64,000 nucleotides of DNA from Octopus sinensis. Its lineage: Eukaryota. Positions 52,081-64,000 of this stretch are shown here, in pieces. The notes under the pieces were generated by a model, which was not told the DNA's origin, made no database searches, and saw nothing but the letters and a program-made list of their open reading frames with translations. Position 1 is the stretch's first letter; each line of letters opens with the position of its first letter. The stretch is taken from the NCBI RefSeq assembly GCF_006345805.1, contig NC_043008.1, forward strand, positions 40,920,001 to 40,984,000, in the 5' to 3' direction. A program made the position numbers and the translations under genes.

Positions 52081-52342
52081 GTTATTAATATTAGTGTTGT
52101 CGTTGTTGGTGTTGTTGTTTTTGTTTATAATCCTGATACAGAATAACTTTTCATCTTCTTTCTCCAATAGGTGAAACGATTTCTCAGCCTGTCGTTTGGC
52201 TTCGAACAATTCATCCGAAGTTTGATACATGTCACCTCATAAGAACACGTCTCCCCAAGACTTTTCTAAGACCTGTTATGTACATCTATATGTATCTGTA
52301 CGTATGTATGTATATATGTACGTATGTATATATATAACATAC

Positions 52343-52393
<51 letters not shown>

Positions 52394-52454
52394 TGTGTGT
52401 GTATGTATGTTTATAGGTTTTTGTGTATGTAGATACGCATGTCTGCATATGTAT

Positions 52455-52490
<36 letters not shown>

Positions 52491-53219
52491 GTCTGTGTGT
52501 GTATGTATGTCTGTGTCACTCTCTGTGCACGCCTGTGTGTGTGTTTATATACGTGTATATTTGAATGTATGTGTTCTATGTGCGAGTAGGTTGGCGATAC
52601 AAAATTCACCACGAATGAATGCGGACATGTCTGTCTTTTTTTTTACTTTCTGTCCCTTATGTGTTTATGTATGTTTAGTTGTAAATCTTATATTTCCTAT
52701 TATTCGATGAAATATGATTAATATCTAGATTTCAGCCATTCTTCTTTGATATTTTAAAATTTGCTATTTCAGCTCCACTTCAGCTTCTCAAATTTCAGAA
52801 AGAGCATTGACGTCAAATACAACTGCATCAGATATAACTGTGGCATAAAAGAACGAATTGGATATTAGTGAAGCAAGCGTGTAGAATCTCAGTACTGATA
52901 TACCTAATGTCTTTAAGAAACTTTCAAACACTTTATATTCCAGTTTGTATTGATTACATGTTTTTCTATTCTACCGAAATAGAATTTAAATATTCAGTGT
53001 AACTTCTGGCTGTGTCCGTGAATACATACGCATACTTACTTTTACAAACCATAAATACAAAATTACACGCATATGTCTGCGTATACTTATGTGTATTTGT
53101 GTCTGAGCGTGTGTATATGCATATGTTTACATCTATCTATCTGTCTATCTATATCTATATCTATATATATTGCTTTTTCGTATATCCCTATAAATAAATA
53201 TTTATATTATATATTATAT

Positions 53220-53262
<43 letters not shown>

Positions 53263-53279
53263 TATATATATATATATAA

Positions 53280-53480
53280 GGTTAATCCAAACGGGAAAAC
53301 AGAAAAAACAACAACACGTGGAACAATTACAGTATTATTATTATAGGCGCTCAGGAAAATGGAAGAAGGAGGTATGACGTTTCGAGCGGAGCTCTTCGTC
53401 GGAAACATAGGAGAAAGAAAGATCCCGAGACGGGAGGACAGAGGAAAAAAAAATTGCAGGTAGTCTTCACGAGGTCACAT
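53280..53480 (-). mobile_element. Probable Penelope-like terminal repeat with hammerhead-like motif at 53375-53402
   Basis: Minus strand CCGACGA-A-GAGC-TCC-GCTC-GAAAC-GTC. Confidence 0.5.
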
Positions 53481-53779
53481 ACTAAATATATATATATATA
53501 ATATTATATATATATATATATTATATATATATATATACAACACATAAGAAAGCGCTTCGTAACTCTTCTTTGTCGCGGCTGTACGGTAACAGGCACGCTT
53601 TGCCGCCCCACATGTTTCAAGGGTCAATCACACTACGCGATTCAGCAAAAGAGTATGGCAGAATTGCCAAACCTAAATCATAAGTACTGGTACATATTCA
53701 TTGGATTAAAACATGATCGCAGATTGGATTAAAGCATGAACGCAGACTAATAAATGAATCAAGTAATATATATATATAT

Positions 53780-53905
53780 ACTCTTTTACTCTTTTACTCT
53801 TTTACTTGTTTCAGTCATTTGACTGCGGCCATGCTGGAGCACCGCCTTTAACACAGACACACAAACACATACACACAAACACATACACACAAACACATAC
53901 ACAAT

Positions 53906-53942
<37 letters not shown>

Positions 53943-53960
53943 CATATTTCAGTTTCGCAC
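53780..53960 (-). mobile_element. Internally deleted composite SINE with (TACTCTT)n tail
   Basis: CTCTTTTACTCTTTTACTTGTTTCAGTCATTTGACTGCGGCCATGCTGGAGCACCGCC matches the 44181 family. Confidence 0.85.
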
Positions 53961-54154
53961 CTTTAACGTAAAAGTTGTGAAACTGAGTACCCCCTATTGG
54001 TGGATAACTGATGGGGAATTACGGAGTATGTCTCACATTCGTTTTTGCATTCATTACCCGTTATGTAGTTTGCTTATTTACCATATATTGTTTCATTTAT
54101 TAAGTAATGTAACGCAACACACAACGAATTTTTATTAACAAGTAAGTTTTATAT

Positions 54155-54236
<82 letters not shown>

Positions 54237-54289
54237 TTATATATTTATATATATTCTATATATATAATATAGTTAGTCGCTATGATAGA

Positions 54290-54460
54290 TCGTTAGCACA
54301 CACACATTTTTTCTCTCTTGTTTTTCTCCTTCTTTTTTCTGTGTCCCTTTCTGCAGAAGAGCGAAGGCTCGAAACGTGTAAGACGTTTTCTTTTCCTGAG
54401 CGTTATACTAATACATCTGTTTGTTTTGTACACCGTCTATCTTCGCCTTTTGTTTTTTTC
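54290..54460 (+). mobile_element. Probable Penelope-like terminal repeat with decayed hammerhead-like motif at 54351-54378
   Basis: CTGCAGA-A-GAGC-GAAG-GCTC-GAAAC-GTG. Confidence 0.4.
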
Positions 54461-54480
54461 GTAAGCCCTCCTTATATATA

Positions 54481-54521
<41 letters not shown>

Positions 54522-54924
54522 ACATATGCGTGTGCGTGTGTATGTGTGTGTCTATGTGTGCGTATATAAGGTTGAAAAATAACACAGGAGTTGATATTTA
54601 TAAGGAAAACAAGATAAGGTAGAATATGATAAAATTATTTTATTATGGAATATATTTTGTAACGGTTAATGCTGGTTTCAGTCTCTTGGACATTTTACAA
54701 CTAAGTGTAAGACAAAGGCGGATATTAATTAAACAGTAAAAGAATTATATTGAAGAAAAAGTTAAATTAGATGTTTTGTAAATATTCCCATAGTCTTCAA
54801 ATAGGTAGGGCCTTTTCTTTACTCTCTCTCTCTCTCTCTCTTTCTCTCTTATCCTTTGTGAAGGCTCAGTAGGTGGTAGCAAGTCTGAAAGAAATAGTTT
54901 TTTATCGGCGCAGAGGAATATTCG

Positions 54925-55045
54925 GTTCATATATCTGGTTCATTTGGGCTAGTGGCGTATTTTGACTGGTAATATGCCATACGGCTTCACTGTTTTGTCC
55001 ATAGATTCTACATTTGTCTCTTTCTACTGTGTTGTCTATTCTGTG
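54925..55045 (-). mobile_element. R4/Dong-type CCHC-knuckle fragment
   Basis: RIDNTVERDKCRIYGQNSEAVWHITSQNTPLAQ fits D.CR.C....E...HI.S.C..LA with two Cys substituted. Confidence 0.6.
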
Positions 55046-55070
55046 TTATCATCATCATCATAATCATCAA

Positions 55071-55113
<43 letters not shown>

Positions 55114-55114
<1 letters not shown>

Positions 55115-55200
55115 GGCGAGCTGAAAGAATCGTTCTCGCTCTTGGCAAAATGGTTAGTGGTATTTCGTCCGTGTTTATGTTTTGATTTCAAATTCTTTCG
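55114..55200 (+). mobile_element. Diverged CORE-type SINE 5' fragment
   Basis: AGGCGAGCTGAAAGAATCGTT...TGGTATTTCGTCC...TTTCAAATTC. Confidence 0.6.
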
Positions 55201-56414
55201 AGCTCGACCTTGTGCTCCATTGCAGTCTAATTTTCGCCTAATGCTTTTTTTGTTCAATAACAGAGCATTTATCTATAAAAAATGTCATCACGTTTTCTTG
55301 AGAAAAACGTTGTACAGACCCAATAATGGAAACCAATTGACCACAGCTAGCTCCTTAAAGCTTCGAACCTTCCATAGATATCACATTATTGATTGGTCTC
55401 ATGTCTTCTTCAGTGAATTACCAGCTCGCATCTTTCTCATAACCATGGAGAGCGATAGCATAGAAACAATAAACAATAAGAATGACACCGAGTTTCCTTA
55501 AGATTCCTCTCTGGATGTCAGCTTCCTTCTAACTGTAGTAAAAACTGTCTTCCAGTCTTTCATACTATTTTTAAAGAAATAAATGAAGTGTTTATCTGCC
55601 TCCGACCATCTATAGGCATTTCATGTGTATAAGCTTATTGCTTTAAGTACAATATTGCTATAAACCTAAAGGATATTTTGTAATGAATTACATTCCTTCG
55701 TTTCTTTGTGAAGCAGATCTAATACCTGCAAGTTTTGGAGAATGTGGATGCCTGCTTGCGGTCTTAATTACATATGGTTTTTTTTTAATATCTTAATAAA
55801 AATGTTTTAACAAATAGGTTTTATTAATAGAATATGTCAATACCTTTGATCTACGCTTCACGATCTATTATAGGAGGTTAGTATATTTCATTTCCTACAA
55901 TTATATATATATATTTCTGTATATATATATGTATATGTGTGAACGACATTTCTGTATGATATGAAAGCGTGTGCGTGTGTGCGCTCATGCGTAGGTGTGT
56001 GTGTATGATCGTATTTACGTTGCGTTAAAAAAAATTAAATATTTGCAACTTTAACTATAATTTTATTGCTGAATATTTTTGTTTCCGACTTCGCAAACGA
56101 AACATTTTATGTTTAACAAAAATTATATTTGTATCTCAATTGTTTTCTTAAATAAAATCGTTTGAATGAAAATTTCTGTTTTAACATATTTTATATATAA
56201 ATTGTATAATTTTTTCATCTAGTTTGAATGGATTATATATTGAATATTAAATTACTAACCAAAAATACAAGATGAGCAAAACACACAAGCATATGAGAGG
56301 ATTCTCTACATTTCACTAATGCCTGCCTGATTTTGTAATCGAGTGTACATTGTGCTTTTCCGTAGAATAAGATTCCGTTTTATCATTTGTGTCGGATAGC
56401 TTTCAGTTATTCGT

Positions 56415-57367
56415 ATTATTCATTTGAATTTGGTTGTTTTATTTTTCTCAAAATATTCGATAGGGTCGATGTATTTTATAGCCTGATTTTATTAGTATAT
56501 TCTTTAAAACATCTTTTTCCATAATCTAACAAATCATGTACAAGATTTACTATTTTGTTTGTAATTTTATTTATAGCGTAACAACGATTATGTAATTCAA
56601 TATTATGTTAGTATTTTTTAAAGTATGACATAAGCCAATACATAAGTCTTTTATCACAAATTTCATAGATTATTTTTTTTACGTTTGAAATATTATATTC
56701 TAGACGAGAAAGTATGATAACAATCTGCTATTAATCCTCGTATTTATTGTAACTCTACGGTAATCATTTCGAAAGACATTACAAGAATCACTAGAAAAGC
56801 TTAATAATGTTTGTATTTCTTTTTATTAAATCCTTTTTTGCTACAGTACTGTCTATAGTTACCATAATATTATTTTTATGGTGGCATCAAAATACAACCA
56901 TTCATTTCAGCGAAATTGAATTTATCTTGTGAGGATTCAACATATAATTAAATAGGACAATTGTCAACTTCGCCTTTGTTACATTTCATTTTTACCTCTT
57001 AAAGTTTGCACAGTAACGTGTTCTTTGAATACAATATTCTTATTAATATTATACCTTGCGCTTACTATTTAAATACATCTGAATCTGATTTAACTCTAGT
57101 AAATGAGTTTGTCAACTTAATATATATAACAAATATATCGAGTAAGAAGTTATAATTTCACAGGAACGAAATACTATCATTATTTATCCTTTGAAAAGAA
57201 ATATTTCCTGAATTGGTATTGAAAATTAACTGCAGTTTCTCTTCTATATTATTGTATGTTAATAGTATTGCAAATATTTCTTCAATAACATAAGGTTTTT
57301 CAGTTTTAGCTGTATTTTGAGGAATTTCGTAAAACTTGATTTGACATATGCAAAAGATATTTTCAGT
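56415..57367 (-). pseudogene. Decayed AT-rich protein-coding remnant of unknown family
   Basis: 69+30 codons with one internal stop (57367-57071) and 39+43+19 codons with two internal stops (56727-56415), in very AT-rich DNA. Confidence 0.45.
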
Positions 57368-57618
57368 CTAACAACCTTATTTCAATATATCTATCTTTAC
57401 TTCAGTATGTGTAAGTCCTCTTTTTTAAAGTAACGTATTTTCTTGTCCATATATATTATGTAGGCAGGGATAAAATCCAAGCTGTATCCCTTTGAAGCAC
57501 ATCTGCTTATTCCAGTACTTAAAGCCCAGGATGTAGTTGTTAAATTTATGTTGTGTACATATCTGAGTTGGAGTTTGTGGAAATATACTTGCAGAATTAA
57601 TATATATCAAAAGTGAAG

Positions 57619-57844
57619 GCGGCGAGCTAGCAGAAACGCTAGCACGCCGGTCAAAATGCGTAGCCGTACTTCGTCTGTCGTTATGTTCAGAGTTCAAATT
57701 CCGCCGAGGTCGATTTTGCCTATCATCCTTTCGGGGTCGATAAATTAAGTACCAGTTACGCACTGGGGTCGATATAATAGACTTAATCTCTTTGTCTGTC
57801 CTTGTTTGTCCCCTCTGCGTTTAGCCCCTTGTGGGTAGTAAAGA
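57619..57844 (+). mobile_element. Full-length tRNA-derived CORE-type SINE with 20-bp TSD
   Basis: GCGGCGAGCTAGCAGAA head, GAGTTCAAATTCC B box, GCCTATCATCCTTTCGGGGTCGATAAATTAAGTACCAG core; AATATATATCAAAAGTGAAG at 57599-57618 and 57845-57864. Confidence 0.95.
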
Positions 57845-58058
57845 AATATATATCAAAAGTGAAGTTGGAAAAATATTTTGGGTATGATACATTCACGATT
57901 ACACGATTCATTTGCTAACAGAAATTACAAGATTGTACATGTTGGGCTAACTTATAAGAAATTTCGTATTAAAAGTTTTTCACACTTGAATTTATTTCTA
58001 CATATTTCGACAGGGCCGTTGAATCAATTCAAATAATTAAGTGAAGTTTCTGCAAGAA

Positions 58059-58424
58059 CCTTGGCTAAAGAGGCTTGTTGCTGAAGGCCCATATGTGCGT
58101 GAGCACGATTCGTCTCTTTGTCATATCCTCGGAAAGAGTAAGAAGTGATTGCTGGAGAATTTCTACGATTTCACCAGCCACAATTTCTGACCTCCTTATT
58201 CCTCCGATTGTAATTACATAATTTACAACGTTTGGTACACGTTTGAAGATATCGACCGTTCTGCCTACAACACGGAGTCTGATTTGGTGGTCAAGATGAA
58301 GTTGGTATTCGAAGATCATCCTAGGGACATAGAGAAGAACGCATGCGCCAGATTCCGGAGCCCTCTTCAGGCTCTGCTGGAAGGAAAGCTGAATGTGGCC
58401 TCTTTGCGTAAACATATCTTCTAG
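58059..58424 (+). mobile_element. Tc1/mariner-superfamily transposase C-terminal remnant with DD37D (maT)-type spacing
   Basis: PYVREHDSSLCH..KSKK*LLENFYDFTSHNF*PPYSSDCNYIIYNVW...NACARFRSPLQALLEG matches QQDSAP.H...WPPNSPDCNPLDY.VW...AC.RFR.RL.A; two Trp positions are TGA. Confidence 0.85.
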
Positions 58425-59424
58425 GTGACATCTTTAAAAATATTTTTCAAATAATTTTATTTTGGAATACAATATTACGTTTAATCTACTTTTGTATGAA
58501 CTTTCAGATACATATTTGCAAATGTAGCCTTTCTTATTATTTCTTATAAAATTCAGATAAAATTACTTTCAAAAGTAACGCACTCTGCGTCAAAAACTAT
58601 CCGCAGTAAGAGCATATAATGTATTTTATGATTGGTTATATGCCCATCGCTAAGGGGTGCGTGCTGTGCAGCACTGCACCCACATCAATCAAGGGTGAAA
58701 CCTAGATTTAGAAAATACAGTTTACAAACACCTTCCGGCAATACAAATTAGTGTCCGCCCAGAATATTCTCAAGCACACCTAGGCACCAAAATCTGGCGA
58801 CCGGCCTAAATCGTTATGTAATACTAAAGAAATCCAGAATGGATTCAAATTATCTAGATCACATCATGTAATAGCATGCATTACAGTCACATTTAGATTG
58901 ATTATTTCATAACTTCATTAACATTGAAATCGTTTTACAGGATCATCTTTCATATTTTTTCCCGCTGATAATATTGATTGTGTTTATTTCACAGTTTTAA
59001 CATGTGTGGTTGAGTATTTCATTTTGAAATATACGTTCCTATATGTTTGTCTCATACTTGTAAGTTTTCCTTATAGAATGTGAAAGCCTATCAGTAAAAA
59101 TTTTGCTTTAGGCTTATTTCAGAAAGATTCATTTATTATGAAATAAAGAAAAAACTATTTCGAAAATTGCTACCCTCCTTGCTGTTAATACTTATAAGCC
59201 TAAATCTACTTCTACCGCTGCTAAAATATAGATCATGCCAATACAATTTATAATATATAGACTAGTAACAGAATTAAGGATATAAGCTACAAAGCAATAT
59301 ACTCATGATTTAGGCCAATGCTTACACTATCGACACGCGCGTTAGCGCATTTGTGTGCTTCCCACGTGCGTGGTAACATGGATGTATACATATATACACA
59401 TACATACATATATATATTGGTTAA

Positions 59425-59637
59425 GGTGGCGAAGTGGCAGAACGTTAGCACGCCGGGCGAAATGCTTATTGGTATTTCATCTGTCTTTATGTTGTACTTT
59501 CAAAGTCCGCCGAGGTCGTCTTTGCTTCTGATCCTTTCGGTGGCGATAAATTAAGTACCAGTTGCGTACTGGGGTCGGTCTAATCGGCTCGCACCCTTCT
59601 CCAAAATTTCAGGCCTTGTGCCTAGTGTAAAAAAGGA
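59425..59637 (+). mobile_element. CORE-type SINE
   Basis: GGTGGCGAAGTGGCAGAACGTTAGCACGCCGGGCGAAATGC...GATAAATTAAGTACCAGTTGCGTACTGGGGTCG. Confidence 0.9.
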
Positions 59638-59646
59638 TATTTGTAA

Positions 59647-59865
59647 TGGCGGTGAGAAGGGAGAAGCGTTAGCACGCTGGACGATGTACTTAGCGGTATT
59701 TTTCCCCGTCGCTACGTTCAGAGTCCAAATTCCGTCGAGTCGACTTTGCTTTTTATCTTTTCGGGGTCGGTAAAATAAGTAGCAGTGAAACAATGGGTAG
59801 TATGTAATCGACTACTCCCATCCCCCAATATTTCAGGCCTTGTGTCTGTAGTAGAAAGGATTATA
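59647..59865 (+). mobile_element. CORE-type SINE, adjacent second copy
   Basis: Same head, core and tail (TTTCAGGCCTTGTG..TAGTAGAAAGGAT) as 59425-59637. Confidence 0.88.
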
Positions 59866-59999
59866 TTTCACTGGTTTCAATGTAAAACTAGCGAAAATTA
59901 TGAAGTTTACTAAAACAAAACAAATTCTTGTAAGTTTAAGGGCAGCTGCAATGGGACAACATTTTTATTTCTGATTTAAATGAAACTAAGCATATTGTT

Positions 60000-60241
60000 T
60001 GTTTGTTCCTTCTCGGGCCATGCCTGGCTCATCAGAGCCGGCTTCCCGCTTGCAGGTGAGCTGCAAGATGCAGGAGGAAAGAGTTAAAGTCGTGACAGAA
60101 GTTCGCCATTACCTTCTGCCGGAGCCTCGTGGAGCTTAGGTGTTTCACTCATAAGCACACACATTGCCCGGGCTGAGATTCGAACCCGCGGTCCCTCGAC
60201 CGCGAGACCACTGCTCTAACCAGTGGGCCATGTGCCTGCAC
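60000..60241 (-). mobile_element. tRNA-derived SINE of a third family with 12-bp TSD
   Basis: Minus-strand A box TGGCCCACTGG and B box GGTTCGAATC; AAGCATATTGTT at 59988-59999 and 60242-60253. Confidence 0.9.
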
Positions 60242-62195
60242 AAGCATATTGTTAAATCAGCTAAATTCACGCAAGGAAGATAATTAGATAATAACAGCGC
60301 GAGAAGTTAAACAATGCAAAGGCGATGATTGGCAGAGAGGCCAGTGATACCGCAGTAGATGTTCGGTAGACTATAACCTTATAAATTGTGGTCCTTAGCA
60401 GTGAGATATTAGATGTTGATTCTATTTAAGCATTTCAGGGTATCGTAGAGATGTTCCATAATAGTAAGTTCGTTGCTTTTATTATGCATAAGATAAACTC
60501 GGCGTAGAATATCTTCCTATGTTCCTATCTTATTTGTGAACTTCGTGTTTCGTCAATTCTGAAGACTGTTAGGTTTAGAACGCTTTCGTCAATACATAAT
60601 TAGGTGTTAGTGAATCGTTTCCTTATCGTATCAAGATGTGTGTTGTATGACGTACATTTGCGCACGCATTTCCTGTGCTATTTGAGAAACAACGTCTATC
60701 TGCAATTTTGTCAATTTCTTACCTTTTATTTTTGTTCTATGACAGGATTTTACGTCATAGCGAGCTTTTAGAAGCTATTGCTATAAGTTCGCGAGTGTAT
60801 ATCCTAGTTTATGATGGATATATCTGATTCAGAATGGTGTAGCATTTTGCTGCTTGGAGGCAACACACATACATATGTATGTGCTTAAAATTACCATTTT
60901 CACACATAAACACGCAGTCATTACATTTATATACTTGTATATGTTGCATATATGTACATATATATGTGTGTTTCTGTGTATGAGAGTGTGTGTGTTTGGA
61001 TGAATGTATGCATATATGTATGTATAAATATACACGCATGCATATATACAAATGTGTGTGTGCGGGCGCATATATACATATGCATGTGTGTGCACGTGTG
61101 CGTATGCATTCATATATGTTTGTACAATCAATATTGTATGAATTGTCCTTCAGTAGTGTACGATAATAAATCAGGTATTAACACAATATTAATATATAAG
61201 ATGCATTAATATATAAGATATAATAAACAGCTCATATATTTGAGCACTCTACCAAAGCATCACAATAATTAGAATATATTTAACCTAACGAACTCCTGCC
61301 TATTCAAAATATAGCTGTGTTGTTCTAATATATTTTTACATGCTGTATATCTACTTTCGTGATCCGTCAAGCGCAAAACGATATTATTTTTTCTATGGTG
61401 TTATTATTTTCTCCGTTAATAACCTTGACTGATGATGTTACATCAATGCATTTCAATCCAAATGTTCTCTGAGGTTTTGATTACCGACGTATATTGGTGA
61501 TGTTGCTATAAAAATATTACTATTGATGGGGTGATTTAATGGCGGCAAATTATTTCAACATGATGTAGTTCAAGGGGGGAACTTCTTTCATGTATACTCA
61601 ATACGATATCGATCCAATCAATTTATCAATCAATCAACCAATATATATACATATATATATATATATGTGCAAGACACACATAGACACACACAACAAACAC
61701 ACACGCACACTCACATACTCACACAAAAAAAGATATATGCATCTATCCATTCATACATACGTACATACATATGTATGTAAAAGTATAGTTTCTTTAATAA
61801 TATTTATAGAATTTTACACTTATAGAGCGGTGAGTTATGGAAACGTGTTTCCATTCTATGAGTCCTTTTATCTGATGATCCTATTGCTCTATGTTATGAA
61901 ATATCAAGTAATCAGTCACCATTCCGAACGTACAGTTACCTATGGTAGGAGATTACAAGGTTATTCACAAATATAGATGCGTATATAAAAATATCTATAT
62001 GCAGTCAATATTAATTGATATAGAGATACATTAAGCAAGAAGTAACTATTCAAAGAATTGTTCACTACAATGTTGATGAACAGGTGCTTCCCTATGACTT
62101 TTTGAGACAATTTTCACCGTTTTCATTAACCAGATCTGTTGTTAATTTGTACATGTCACTGTCGGAAATGGAAATATGAGAACAACCTAGTCTTG

Positions 62196-62403
62196 TATTT
62201 GTTTCATTCATTTCATTGCGGCCATGCTGGAGCACTGCCTTTAGTCGAGAAAATTTTTGTTTGTAAGCCTAGTACTTATTCTATCGTTTTCTTTTGCCGA
62301 ACCGCTATGTTACGGGGACCTAATAATTCATCAACATCGGTTGCCGTGCAATGTTGGAGACACAAATACAGACACACAAACACACAAATACACACACATA
62401 CAT

Positions 62404-62437
<34 letters not shown>

Positions 62438-62668
62438 GTGTGTGTGTGTATGTGTATGTCTGTGTGTATGTGTGTGAGTTTGTGTATTTATGTATGTATG
62501 TATGTATGGATGGATGTATGTATACACAACAGGCTACTTTTTCATCTGCCAAATCCACTCACAACGCTCTGGTCGGCCCGAGCTTATAGTAGAATACACT
62601 TGCCCAATGTGCCACTCGGTGAGATTGAACCCGGAACCATGTGGTTGGTAAGCAAGCTACTTATCACA
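62196..62668 (-). mobile_element. Composite tRNA-derived SINE (same family as 44181-44555)
   Basis: Colinear match including the central microsatellite and the head GGTTCCGGGTTCAATCTC. Confidence 0.9.
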
Positions 62669-62915
62669 AAATAATTATTGCCGAGATTCACATGATTATC
62701 ACCAAATATACAGTGCATGATTAAGTAACACCATGTGATTTTGTATTCTTATTGATCTCTGCGATGTGGTACCTTCTAGTATCGCTATCATTGGGAGGCG
62801 TATTAAGCGGTGTCCTCCATTAGAATTTAGAGTCGATTAATGACATTATATATGAAACATTACACGTGGATGGATATATATATGTACATACACACAGACA
62901 CACACACATACACAT

Positions 62916-63031
<116 letters not shown>

Positions 63032-63172
63032 ACATATATATATATGTGAGTGTCCGTTGAATTAGGCATCTAAATTGTACCAGGTATTCCTGCCGTGTGT
63101 GCAGACAACACAAGCCAGCTAAGTTCGAAGATATCCGCTGTTGATAATTTAGGCCTGTACTATTTATAAAGG

Positions 63173-63211
<39 letters not shown>

Positions 63212-64000
63212 GTCTATCTCTCTCTCCCGTCTCTCTCTCTCTCTAGTTTTATATATACATATGTGTTTGTGTATGTATTTATTTGTATTTATACTCAAAT
63301 ACATAAGCGGGTACACATGTGTAAGTAATCCTGCGTGCGCATAAGAGGGACTTAGAGAGAGAGAGGCAGAGAGAAAGTGTGTGCATTTCGATCCTGACTC
63401 AAATGTATGGTGAGTAATGGGTACAATTGAAAATATACAAAGATTGGACATGGGACCGCTGCTATCAGCTATGGATATTAATAATGACTAACAGGACCCG
63501 TGAATATTTCACGGAATTATCAGTAAACCTAATGGGTCTTGAAAACTTAAATAAAAAAAACCTAAAATCGTAGCCTCTGTCGTGTCTGTATCAGAAGAAA
63601 ATTGGTCATCTACCAATTATTGAAAAGCATTAGGCAATTAGAATACGAGGATTACTTAATGCATTTTATATATATACTTTATATACTTTATGCACAATTT
63701 TATAGATTTATTTCACAGCACTCCTAAAATAAATATTCACTCTTATTTTTCCATGTTTTCCAAAAAGACAAAAATAATTACATTTTAAAATTTACTTGGC
63801 CACAATTTCATATCTAAAAAACAAAAAATTTATATTAAAAAAAATATTTTATATGTAACATATAAGGGTTGCAATATCACGGGGGTAAAAATTTTAAGGC
63901 AACAAGGCATACTCTGAAGACCACATCGCTGGTAACTTATAAACTAAGGCGATGGGTCAGAGCCAATACACATTTCAGTTCGAAAACACTCTTCAATCCA

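Noticed and set aside
58640-58810. GC-rich possible MITE (CCATCGCTAAG...CTGGCGACCGGCC)
   Set aside because: Terminal match too weak and no TSD identified.
60015-60045. Minus-strand CTGATGA plus perfect GCCA-GGCA-TGGC stem in a SINE tail
   Set aside because: Followed by CCGAGAAG rather than GAAA, so the hammerhead core is incomplete.

Overview
AT-rich, microsatellite-saturated eukaryotic genomic DNA. The SINE families and repeat landscape look like a cephalopod, most likely Octopus; this is my recognition, not a database result. No intact host protein-coding gene, functional tRNA or CRISPR array can be supported, and almost all ORF-track entries are translations of (AT)n/(AC)n/(TTA)n/(TACA)n arrays. 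Recognisable content is mobile DNA. It includes tRNA-derived SINEs (CORE-type and others, three with clear TSDs), non-LTR retrotransposon fragments (R4/Dong-type RT-thumb/CCHC/RLE, CR1-type RT, L1/Tx1-type ORF1 and zf-RVT), mariner and DD37D(maT)-type transposase fragments, MITEs, Helitron-type elements and probable Penelope-like terminal repeats carrying hammerhead-like motifs. Most notable observations: a near full-length 5S rRNA-derived sequence fused ahead of a tRNA-SINE head (two copies), three copies of a ~550-bp non-coding element each inserted in (TTA)n arrays, hammerhead-ribozyme-like cores, three fold-back inversions, two near-identical ~1-kb tandem duplications bounded by (AT)n (possibly assembly artefacts), a duplicated candidate 39-nt microexon, and a decayed AT-rich ORF of unknown family at 56.4-57.4 kb. 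Candidate splice-bounded exons are reported only as low-confidence leads.
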